From Geosiphon pyriformis uo1 (taxonomy: Eukaryota; Fungi; Glomeromycota), in assembly GCA_016748015.1 (NCBI GenBank), contig JAAOMT010000096.1:1-64000 (forward strand): a DNA stretch of 64,000 nt. The letters are read 5' to 3'. Below, piece after piece: positions 23,001 through 34,843 of the stretch. The stretch's first letter is position 1; every line of letters begins with the position of its first letter. A program made the position numbers and the translations under genes. Below the pieces are notes generated by a model. It was not told the origin of the DNA and did not search any database. It saw only the letters and a list, made by a program, of their open reading frames with translations.

Positions 23001-23890
23001 TTCCAAAAGTCTTGGAATTGTCTGTTGGATTGTTTTTCAATGGAAAAGCAGATTAAACAGAAGGGCAGAGAATTAAGTTTAATGAAATCAAGGTTGTTTC
23101 TGTTGTGTGCTACAAAGTATTCTTCTGATTGCTGTGGCAGATATGAGTAATCACCCATACAATAAGGGAATAAGTGAATTTTGACAACCTCACAGGAAGC
23201 ACCACTTTTATGTTATGGATTGGAGTAACAAGCTAATGGATAGCAAGGAAAAACAGGATTGTAGGATGATGGAAATAATCAAAGGGGAATTCAACTTTAA
23301 AGAGCGAATTAAATGAGTATGGATTCAATGTGCAAGATCAGTCTCATAAAATATCTTAGTCGCTATTCTTTTCAAAGGTAACTGGAGAATTTGAAGGTAG
23401 AGGAATAGTCTGTACTATCAACAATTGATCACTGCTGGTATTAATTCTATGCCTTTACGTCGGCACTCTTAGAATTCAATATCAGGTTTCAACTTGTGCT
23501 CTTCAGTCATGTTTATACAAATAGTCTTCAAATACTACAATTATTCAAACAGAAAAAGGCCAACAAGTAATCTTTTATCCTAAAATGTTCAGATACTTGA
23601 AGGTAGGGAAAGGGAAATTAGCAATAAGAGAATGATTGAGGTGAAAGTTGTTATTTTTATTTATTTGATTCTTGTCTGAGAAATGATTTTCTACAACTAA
23701 GAGACTCATCACTTATATAGTTAATGAAAGTGGTTAATGACCAGATCAACGACTAGGTCAATGATCAGGTCAATAATCAGGTCAACGGTCAGGTCAATGA
23801 TCATTATCTAAAAATAGAGTGGCTAATTATATGACATTAGTGGCTAATACATGTGATAACTAATAAAAATTATGAGTTTCAACCATAACA
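17008..23890 (-). mobile_element. Family-A element lacking its 3' LTR (longest open frames in the window), inserted in the integrase of a B element
   Basis: 5' LTR 23211-23890, PBS 23188-23204, gag 21602-23158, pol 17561-21614, ORF3 from ATG 17519 truncated at a deletion junction near 17007. Confidence 0.92.
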
Positions 23891-24459
23891 ATACTATGAA
23901 ACATACATCATTTGATTTAATTTATGGAAGAACAGCAATATTACCAATTAATTTCACAGTGGAAACATATCCAGTGTGACCAATTAATGAAGAGAACTTT
24001 CAAGAAACACTCCAAAGAAAAGCCTACACTCTTCTTAGTACACTAGAAGGGAAAAAAAGAATAGTAGCAACTCATATTAAACATTTCCAAGCTCAACAAA
24101 AAGAAAGACATAACAACAAATTACCACCCATAACCAATGAATTTAAAGTTGAAAATAAAGTTCTCTTACACAGAACTAAGAATGAAAAACAATGGAGTGG
24201 AAAATTTGAAAACAAATGAGATGGACCATTTTATATTCACGAAATTCTAGACAATAGATTATACAAGTTAAGATTAGATGACAAAGTACTAGTAAAAGTT
24301 GCACATGAAAATAGATTGAAACACTATCATTCCAGAAACAATTCTGAACCATTAATTCTACAAATTGGTATACATTCTCCTTTAATTAACTCTGAAGATA
24401 TTTTCTGAAATTTAGAACCACTAGTTATAATAAAACAACAACCAAACTTGAACACTTAA
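23891..24459 (+). pseudogene. Integrase C-terminus of a family-B Ty3/gypsy element
   Basis: Reads FDLIYGRTAILP...QKERHN...FKVENKVLL...KFENK*DGPFYIHE...YKL...AHENRLKHY (GPF motif). Confidence 0.85.
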
Positions 24460-24615
24460 TTTAATATTTATAATAATCTTTTGAAAAATATAGACAAAAT
24501 ATAAAACAAAAATAGTAAATAATCACAAGAAACATTCAAACCCAAAAACAAATAAAAACCCTATACTCAAAAATTATTTTTTTTATTTTTTTCTTTATTA
24601 GTTAGTTATTTTATC

Positions 24616-25283
24616 ATGATTATTTCCCGAAATATTCAACAAATATCCCAAAAATTAATGTTAACCTTGAAAACACTTTCTAATTATATTCAGAAAGAAA
24701 CCACAGCCCCAGTAGTAAATAATTATCAGAACTATTACCCTTATAGAAGAAAAACAAGATGTCATTCTGGAAATAGGTTACCAGAACTTTTGAAGCAAGC
24801 ATTAAAAAAAAATTTTTTAATTGCCCCTATTGACATTCCACTATATTGCAACAAAAACTTTTACTATTCCTCAATGAATAGAACAATGAATATATTCCTA
24901 TATATAGATATTTTTATATTGGAAAAACACTTTATGAACAAAAACTGGAACTTGAAGCAACCAATATCACTCCTGAGACTGTACAAAAACAAATTCACAA
25001 TGAATTTAAGGCAGCAGCTGGACCAACAAACACTCACTACAAACTTAAAGCAGCTTTTAGACTCTATGATTTGTTCAACACTTGTGAAAATGTCTTACAA
25101 AATTCAATACTGCAACCAATGAAAGTTCAATACATTGGCAAACTCACAGAACTGAAATTTCAACAATTTTCAGACCAAATCACTTCAATTATTCTGGACC
25201 ACTATTTTGACATCACAAATAGTACTTAGACTTCAATGGAGCTCAGTTTTGAGAAGAAGATTATATTATCAGTGGAATTTTAA
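24616..25283 (+). pseudogene. Family-B ORF3 (frameshifted), running through the PPT into the LTR
   Basis: 168-aa ORF from ATG 24616; a second frame continues YFYIGKTLYEQKLEL...KAAFRLYDLF...IGKLTELKFQQF...ELSFEKK. Confidence 0.65.
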
Positions 25284-26145
25284 CTATTAATTAGCATGAA
25301 ATTATCTTCATAATTCTTATTATTAAGTAGCATATTATTATCATTTCGATTATTACTTATTAATTAGCCAAATTATCAAATATTATTACTCAATCAATAA
25401 CCCGATTTGTACTATAGAAATTAAGATAATCAAATTACACAATATCCTGAACCATTTAATATAGTCAAAATTCGCCGAAATTAATGGAAAAATCGCTGAA
25501 ATAATCAATAATTCGTAGAAATAACTTGTAGTTTGCCAAAATGTATTTTTAGTTCACCCAAATTGTAGAAAAGAGAAAAGTGCAAGTTCAAAGACTAGTA
25601 CTACAACAAGTTGTATAAAAAAAGAGCTTCTTTCTTCAAGAAAATGTATCTTTTCCATATCTTATCATAGTATCTTACTTTAGATATCTTAATTAGAACA
25701 AATTATTTTTTTTACAAAATCAAATAAAAATTAAATATTCGAAAACCAAATTCTTAAATCATTACACTTGAAATTTCCTTGATAAAATTCTATTTCTTTT
25801 ATATTTCTTTTATTTTCTTTTCTTTTTTTATTACAATTATTAGGGTAGCCTACAGATAAGATTTTTGTAGAAGAGTTGACTTTCACAGTAAAGTAACTAC
25901 ACATTTTAGTGAGCTTTCAGACGAGCAATTTCTGGGAAAAAGTTGACGTTTACTACAATGTAACTACACAAAGTAACTGGCACAGAATTGGTCATTCCAC
26001 TTATAAGCCCAGCAGTTCAAATCATAGGAGATAATTTGAAGATAAATTTAGTTACTGGAGGTCCAACTACTTCTTGAGAATGTGAATTCACAGCAAATTA
26101 GCATTAACAACATTCAAGAAAAGAGACCAAAAACCTCCGGTAATA
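25264..26145 (+). mobile_element. Family-B 3' LTR
   Basis: Preceded by PPT GAGAAGAAGA; homologous to 8224-9121/16862-16933 and 63375-64000; carries an internal deletion of about 80 bp relative to them. Confidence 0.9.
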
Positions 26146-26442
26146 CCAACAAGTAATCTTTTATCCCAAGATGTTCAAATACTTGAAAGTAGGGAAAGAA
26201 AAATTAGTAATAAGAGAATAATTGAGATGAAAGTTGTTATTTTATTTATTTAATTTCCTTGATTTCTATATGCTTTTCTATAGCTAAAAGATTCATCACT
26301 TATATAGCTATCAAAAGTGGTCAATAATCAAGTCAATGGTCAGGTCAATGATCACTTTCTAAAAATAGAGTGGCTAATTTATATAATATCAGTGGCTAAT
26401 ACATGTGATAATTAATAAAAAGTATAAGTTTTAACCATAACA
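26146..26442 (-). mobile_element. Partial family-A LTR (target of the B element; itself inserted in RNase H of an older A2 copy)
   Basis: Matches the U3/R part of the A LTR, ends AACCATAACA, flank GTAC. Confidence 0.88.
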
Positions 26443-29083
26443 GTACTGTTTTCTTACAAAAAAATAAAGATGGCAAGAAACATATTATAGTATATACAAA
26501 TAAAACACTCTTATCAGCAAAACAAAACTATTTTGTTACTAAGCAAGAATACTTAACAATAATTTGGACTACTAGTTACTAAGATAAATATCTTCTTGGT
26601 ATAAAATTTTTAGTGATAACAAATTATCAAGTCTTGATTTAGTTATGCAACAAAAAAAAACTAGAACACAAAAGAATAACTCACTGAATACTTCATTTGG
26701 ATGAATTTGATTATGAAATTCAATATTACAAAAGAGCAAATTATCAAAATACCAATGCTTTTTTCAGACTTACCACTTAGTAATAGTACAATCTTTACAA
26801 ACCAAATTAACTTAATTATTAGCAACTTTTTTTTAACTAAACATGATAATAAACTTAGACAACTATTCTGCACTAATAGAATTTTTGAATAAAGAATAAT
26901 ACCTACCAGATTACACTTAACAACAAAGAAAACATTTGTGTAAATAATTAAATTTCTATTTAATTTGTCAGGACCAACTTTATAAAAGAAATAAAAAAGA
27001 TCCTGACTGTTTTCAAAAAGTTATTAGATTTAAAGAAAGAAAAATTATGATTTATAATATGTATACTAATTTATTAGCTAGACACTTTGGAAAAACAAAA
27101 ACAATTCAGAAAATTTTAGCTCACTATTATTGGCTTATCTTAGAGAAAAACATTGCTAAATACATTAAAATCTGTAATATTTGCCAAAAAAGAAAAAAAC
27201 CCAATCACAAAAAAATATCTATTCAATTTTTGTTGGTCAACTATTTGACAAAATTGGTATAGATGTTGTTAAATTTTTAACAGTAATTCCTGATAACAAC
27301 AAATATATTATTACAACTACTAATTATCTTAGAAAGTAAGTAGAAACAAGAGTTACCTCAAACTAAACAGCAGTTTTTATAGCTAATTTTATTTATAAAG
27401 ATATTATTTGTTATTATGACTGTTCTAAAAAACTTTTATCTAACAAAAAAAGAGCTTTTCTCAGCATACTGATTGAAAAACTTTGTAGAAAAATAGGAAT
27501 ATGTTATAAACTTTCTTCTTTTTATTATTCTCAAACAAATGGCTTAATAAAATATTTTAATAAAACACCATGTAAAATTTTAGCCAAAACCAATAAAAAA
27601 ACAAACTTATAAGACAAAATACTACTTTTAGTTTTGTTTACTTATAGAACTGTAAATTATAACATAACAAGTTATAAATCTTTTTATTTGCTTTATAGAC
27701 AAATAACAACTTTACTAATAAAAACTAATATTAAGACAATATCTTTTAAAGAAATCACAATAAAAAATTACAAAGATATTTTACAAAAAAAACTTAATAC
27801 CATTCTTAACTTCTTAGTAGAGGCACAAATAATTGTTTTTGAAAAGATAAAACAGTTTTAAAAAAAGCTTTAAAAAAAAATCTATAAAACACTTTCTTTA
27901 AGTGTTGATAATTTAATTTTAAAATATTGTTCAGACAAAAATAATGTCTATGATAATAAATTTTCTAGCTAATAAAAAGAATTTTTTATAGTTAACAAAG
28001 TTTTAAACAATGATTCATATATTTTACAAAATCAATATAGAACAATCTTCAATAATTGCTTTGTTTATAATATATAATTTAAGAAATATTACAAACAACC
28101 TGATTGGTTATCTGTTATGGTAATATTAGTTCAAATGATTAATAAAAATCAGATATAAATAAATACACTATTTCCAAAATAGAGATATCTTTAATTGATA
28201 TAAACAATTATTTTTTGAATTAAAATATTTAAAATGCTTTTTATACTCTTTATAAATATTGAATTAAAAATTATCCAAATGTTACTTTAATCATTAGAAA
28301 ACAAACTACTATAATCAATAACAATAGAACACATACTATTATTAAACCAAAAATAACTACTACCAAAAAAAAAAATTGGTAGCAAAATAAATAAATATAT
28401 GCTTGAAAGCATAACAACAAATATATTATTATCTTCTAATACTCTTAAAAAAATGATTAAAAAAATTTTGTCTATAAACAAAAATCTGTCATATAGAAGA
28501 CAATTAAAGCTTTATAGTTAATTTAATAAAATTATAAAAGACATAAACAAAAATCTGTCATATAGAAGACAATTAAAGCTTTATAGTTAACTTAATAAAA
28601 TTATAAAAGACATAAAGATTATAAAAAAAACAACTTTAAAGATACAAGTGGAAATTTTGAGCATTATATGATTAAATGTCTTAAGAGTTTTAACTATTAC
28701 TAAAAGTGCCAAGACTCTTATATAAAGATTTGGTTTCTTAAACACAAAACTTATTTTATCTCAAATACTATATATTTTATTCACAAAAGATTTCACCAAA
28801 CTAGTTAATTTTAAATTAGACAAAACTCTTCAATTAGATTATTTCATAAATAATTTGATTTTGCTGGAGCTTAATTTCTTTGGAAAAAATGATATTATGG
28901 TTGAAATTCATAGTTTTTATTAATTATCACATATATTAACTACTAATGTCATATAATTAACCACTCTATCTTTAGATAGTAATTATTGACCTGATTAATA
29001 ACTTGATTATTGACTTAATTATTGACCTGATTATTAACTTAATTGTTGACTTGGTTGTTAACCACTTTTAATAGTTATATAAG
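26443..29083 (+). mobile_element. Heavily decayed A2 element 3' half (RH-IN-ORF3-PPT, LTR from 28893, truncated)
   Basis: ORF fragments 26701, 27047 and 27634 match RH/IN of family A; LTR stops just after TATATAAG. Confidence 0.85.
28474..28616 (+). repeat. 69-bp tandem duplication in decayed ORF3
   Basis: Two copies with one mismatch, bounded by ATAAA microhomology. Confidence 0.9.
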
Positions 29084-29542
29084 CCCATTTTAGACAAAGG
29101 ATTCATTCTCAAGGATTGGTATCATGAAGCTTTGAATAATTTTGTTGACACTAAATTGGCTAAATCGAAAATAGTTGGGTTTGTGCGGAGTTTGATCGAA
29201 GACCATAGAGCCAATATTTGGTTCTATAAAGCTAAGTTTAAGACTAATATGGAGAAGAGTGGTTTGGTGGGGTCGGATGACTCCATTTTGCCTTTGGTTA
29301 GTGGTTTGTCAAATGTATTATCTGGTGGCATAATTAGGTTGTTAGGTATTGACGAGACTCGCAAAGTGAGTTTTGGCTTGCGTTTGCGATGCCTTTTTTT
29401 TTCTGGTGCTGGTAGCCTTGATTGGGCCGAGTGGCTGGTCACATGTAGAAAGTGCGTGTGTTACGTCTAATTTAGGGCACATAGCTGTTGTATTGTACTA
29501 GATAGTGATTGGGCCTCACTCGTTAATTGAATAAAAAAAAAA
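29084..29542 (+). mobile_element. 3' end of a LINE-type element (ORF2 C-terminus, 3' UTR, A-tail)
   Basis: KGFILKDWY...IVGFVR...IW...EKSGL...IRLLG...FG resembles C-termini of fungal non-LTR ORF2 proteins (from recall); ends in an A-run. Confidence 0.55.
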
Positions 29543-29763
29543 TTTTTAAATTATATAATATCTTAAAATTTAATTAATTTGCTATATATATTGTCACATC
29601 ATTTTTAATTATTATAAGTATAAAAAATATTAATAGTTAAATGTTTTAAAGAAATTACTAAAACGCGAGCTTTTTATTTGAGTCATAATGATATCAAAGA
29701 GGATCACATGTTTTTATTGCCCAAATTTTTAGAAATTCTTTGCAAAATTCAGTTCATTAATAT

Positions 29764-32700
29764 ATGGATCCAAGACTTGTAAGAACTTTTATGCTCTCAG
29801 TTGAAGATCCTTCTAATGCCGAGAGTATTTCTACTACATCTGCCATTGTAAAAGGTAATAAATCTCTGTCTTATTTTGCCTTAGGCTGGAAAATTTTTAA
29901 CTTGATACATCTCTAAACTATTGAGATGTGTTCAGTCATTAGAGAGGGGCAGGCCACATTTCTTTCTTTAGTACAGGTCCTAGGTGAATATTTGACCCAT
30001 GAAGACGCGTCAATACGTGCAAAAGGTACGCGTTTGGGTTTAAAGCTACTGGATTTTTACGTCTAATTCTAGCTTGCCTCATAAGCATTATATTTTTTCG
30101 TTGCAGGGACTGCCCTTTTGTCTGCTGTTCTGTCCGATTGCCCAAGGGAAAAAGTGAATAGTGCTGCTGGTATGCTTTGGAGAAATGGTTTTGAAATTTT
30201 GTTTTAATCTGCGAACGTTTTCAGATCGTAAATATTATTTGTTCAGCTCATTTTCTTTTGTCGTAAAACCCTATATGTAACCTTGAAATAGTACATAAAT
30301 TTTCATTAATCAATCAAGGAATTTATTTTAGTGAATGTCTTAGTTGATTTCTACTGTGATCGATTGGATGATACCCCCAGCGTTCCACAACTTCTCAAAG
30401 GTCTCATTGTTCTTCATCAATTTGAAACATTTTCTGGAGAAAATGCCATTAAACTATCTAACGCGTAACTATTAAAGATTTCTCGTTTATTCATGCTTAA
30501 TATAATTAGCTGGACTGAATATTTATTTTGAAATAGGATATTTGAGTCAGTCAAAGTTCAAAGCTTACCACAAACTAATCGTCATTTGGTATTTCAAATA
30601 CTTGATGGGATACTCAGGCATCATTTGAATGGTCTGAAAATTTTTCAAAATGATACGTTTGATTTATTTTTTTAATGAATATCTCCTTTGACTTATAGCT
30701 TTGAAAAAAATGGGATCGCAATTTGTATTTGGATTTATCCAAGTAATGGATGGTGAAAAGGATCCACGAAACCTGCTACTAGCTTTTTCACTTGTAGCAT
30801 ACATAATTTCTAATTTCGACATAAGCGACCATGTAGAGGTAAAATTTCCCGATATTTTGATATTATAAGTCATAATGATTATTCTTATCTGTTCTTTAAT
30901 GCAGGATCTTTTTGAAGTCACTTTCTGCTATTTTCCTATAACCTTCAAGCCTCCCCCTGATGATGTATATGGCATTACGGCTGATGATTTGAAAATCGGA
31001 TTAAGGTATTTATATGTATCCAAATAGGAATATCTTTTTCCCTTCATAATTCTAATCAAAATTTTGCAATTTTAAAGAGATTGTTTATCTGCTACACCTC
31101 ATTTCGCCACCCATGCTATGCCATTCTTGTTGGAAAAACTGACATCTAATTCAGAAAACGCGAAGGTGTGCCTCGATCGTAAACTTGCAATCAAATTGAA
31201 AGATCCCTGAAATATTGTAGTCCATTTATAAATAGAAAGATTCTTTGGAGGCCCTGGCAGTATGTGCACCAGTATATGGTGCGAACGCTCTTAAGCCATA
31301 TTTAGAAGACCTTTGGGACGGGTTGAAGGCTGAAGTAAGTTTATGAAATTTCGGAAAATATTGATTATTTTTAAACTTATGTCTTTAAATGTGAATATTT
31401 TGTCATAGATATTTAATGGAACTGGTGGATCCCTGCAACTGTTGGCCCTTGAGGCAATTCGGAGCATTGTTTCATCTCTATCATCTGAAATAGTGACACA
31501 ATCCGATCTGATGGAACGTTTCTTGCAGTCCATTGTATCTGATTGTATGGAAAACATCAACGAGCCTGAATTAAAATTGGCAAAACCTAGTGGCCTTACC
31601 CTAAAGTATTGCATAATGGCTTCAGGTAACAAAAAACTTGTGTAATTATTTACATCTATGTGGAATCTTATTTGATCTCAAAAGATTTTATTAGATCCTG
31701 CTTGCAGTGTTGTGATTAGCTCTAGTGTAAATCGTCTTTTTGAGCGATATCAGAAAAGTGAGTTGACTACTCAAAAGAAAAGTGTTCTTGAAATATTATT
31801 GCAGTTCATAGAGGCAAGCCGAACTTTATATGGGACGATCAATAACAATGATATTACTCCAGAAGGTAAGCGGATATAAACTTTGCTTAACTGTAATATG
31901 AATTGATTTCAAATTGACTTTGTCATTGAACGGTAGATCAAGATTTTGTGTCTCCACTTCTGACTTACAAAGACGAGTATTTGGGGATTTTTACCAGTGT
32001 GGTCATTGCATCCAATGAATACAGTCAATTCAGGTTGACTGGGTTGAGAGGATTGCATTCCATGATACTTTTAAGAGAATTTTTAACCAACAACGAAATT
32101 GGGGTCGTTTTACAGTACTTTAACAAAATTTTATTAACTGAAACGGAGGAGGAGGAAATAGTGTATGTTGAATTTTGCAATTTTCCACTGCTGCTCAACG
32201 CTCTCTTAGGCGAAAACTGATGCCAACATTACTCCAGATCAGAAGCATTGAATTCCCTGAGCAATATTGCACGTTATAAGCCAGCTATCGTGCTGGAAAT
32301 AACCTTTCCTGACTTTCTCGGTCAGCTTCCAAATGATTACAAAAAACTCTCAAGTCATATTAAAAAATCCTATAATATAGTTCTTAAAGCTCTGACGAGA
32401 ATCTCGATTGAGCCTTTATTGTTCCAAGCTTTGGTGTCTGAAGTTATGCAGAAATTGGATAGGCTAAATTCATGTAGGTTTCATATTAATTCACTCATCC
32501 CTTAATGCTTAATGCTTTTCTAATGAATATTCATTTCGCGTCATAGCAAATAACAGTTGTATAGAATATTCAGAAGCCTTGCTTGCTACGCTCCATACTG
32601 TATTATCAAACAAAACGGCTCTTAAACATTCTGATATTTCACACTATGTATCCTCACTGGTACCATATTTAATCACAAAATCCGTCGGTCCTACAATGCA

Positions 32701-34670
32701 AGGCGATATCGGATTAATAGAAAAGAAGGATAGTGTTTTTTTAGACTTGAAGATTCTTAGATTGGTTGCAGAAATTATCTCAATAGTGACCCGAAATCTA
32801 AATACAGAGTATGCATGTATTCAATGTCGCTACTTTTTTATGCTTTCACTTCTAATAAGATTTACTTGAAATCGTAGTGAACAAGCTCAATTCATCCGAA
32901 AAAATTTTCAAATTTACGTCCATGGGGATATTGGTTGTCTTCCTTTTTCAACAGAAGAAAGAGATGGCTATATTGGCCGCTTTCAGCCTCTCTCGGTAAA
33001 TATTGTCCTAAAAATTTAGAGTTTAATTTACCTTTTCATAATAAATTTGAAATGAAATAGGCCGAGTCGGAACCCTCTCAACAAAATCTCGTTACATTGT
33101 TTACAGCAGCTGTTAGCTATATTCGACCAGAGGTATTCTTATTTATGCATATTGTGAAAAACTATAAGCACATGTACATAATAATTTTATTTTAGGTACA
33201 AATTCCTGTGGCCAAAATAGCAGATTTTTTGTCAAAAATCATTAAAATCTCACTTACCACTGAGAATAAGAACCAACATACATCTTTAGCAAAACTGGCC
33301 GCATCTATAATAAATAAATGGATGCAAGGTTTTTCTCTCATACAACATAAGATTCCGTTGGTTATTTAATTCAAAGATTTTCATAACATCTTTTAATAAA
33401 TAGAACAAGAACTTAAGCATTATGTGGAAAGCAAAATAATTGGTGATTTGTGGAATCAAGTAACTTCTAACTTTGAAATTGAATCTTCGAGGCGTGTTTC
33501 ATTAGCACTATTTTCATGGGTAAGTTTAATTTCAATATATATATCGAGTCCCTACCGGACTAGAATTTTTTTGTAGCTTATTAATCGTATATCTTTAATC
33601 AGTTAACCAAAGCCCTTATTTTGAGGGCCGATGAGATGGGATATCGTTGTACGGGAAACATTATTAATCAATTCGGAGACATTCTGCTAGGAAAACAAGC
33701 ATCTGAAGGTTTTTACATATTGATAAATGATGACGATATATTGAGTAAAGAAAGTTTTGCAAATATTAAGGTGACGCATCTCATCTATTCCTAAATCTAT
33801 TAAATATTTGAAATCTTACATCTATTTTTTTTAATAGCTTCTTTACAAACAACGCTTCTTCAATTATTCCCTCCCGATTTTAGTTAACGGATTCAAGTTT
33901 TCAAATGATGGTAAGTTTCAATGGGGGATGTATTCTTGCACTTTTTACTTTTGCTTAGACTTTTATCTGCGAAATATAGAAGTCAAACATCATTACTTGT
34001 TTGCTTTGTCACATTTATTGTGCAATGTTCCAAAGCAAGTCTTTTTGAGCGAGCTGCTTACTGTAAGTTCATTTATTATAATTTGTTACAAACATTATTT
34101 TGTATTTTTGTTAAATTTGTAGTTAATTTTTGGGCTTCATGGGTGAGGTAGCTATTTCCTATGCTTGTGCATTCCCTTTCTTTACCCAATCCAGAACTCA
34201 AAAGGTCGACAATAGACACATTTTACATGATAGCGCAAGATGCTCCCCAAATTATATCGGAATATATCACAACATTGGTACCACTACTTCTTTCTTTGAC
34301 TCAGATGACTGAAACCAATACAATGGTAGGCTCATTTTATCGCGATTTACTTATGCTGAACCCATATTAATTACAACTGTTCTTAACGTAGCGTGTCCGG
34401 ATAGCAGCTTTACGATGTTTAGGAATTCTCACAGAGACTGTGCGATTCGATGTTTTATATTCTTTTAAAAATGATATAACGCGGGAATTATCGAAAGTTT
34501 TGGATGACAAAAAAAGATTAGTAAGAAGAGAAGCCGTCGACTGTCGTAATAAATGGTGTGATATTATCTATGTTATCACTTTTTTCTATAGAGATTATGA
34601 TGCTTATCAAAATTTCTTTGAAAATTTTATATATTATAGGTTTTTATTTACCGGTCCTAAGTCGGATTAA
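29764..34670 (+). CDS. MMS19: MMS19/MET18, HEAT-repeat cytosolic Fe-S assembly targeting factor (about 20 short introns)
   Basis: Exons encode LVQVLGEYLTHEDASIRAKG, MDGEKDPRNLL, DLFEVTFCYFPITFKPPPDD, LLYKQRFF and LDDKKRLVRREAVDCRNKW. Confidence 0.93.
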
Positions 34671-34843
34671 TGAATGTAGAATACTTTTATAATGACTTGG
34701 ACAGGGTCTTACCCTTTTCATTAGGATTTAATATTTTCAGATTTTGTGGTTTCCAATCTTAATAATTGGAAAAGTTCTCACGTTTTATGTCTTATAATTA
34801 TTGTTAATTGCAAAAAATCTGGTTTGTTCTCTTTCCTCGAATC

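Noticed and set aside
23141-23158. Gag N-myristoylation from the MG start
   Set aside because: Asp at position 3 and no Ser/Thr at position 6 fit the NMT consensus poorly
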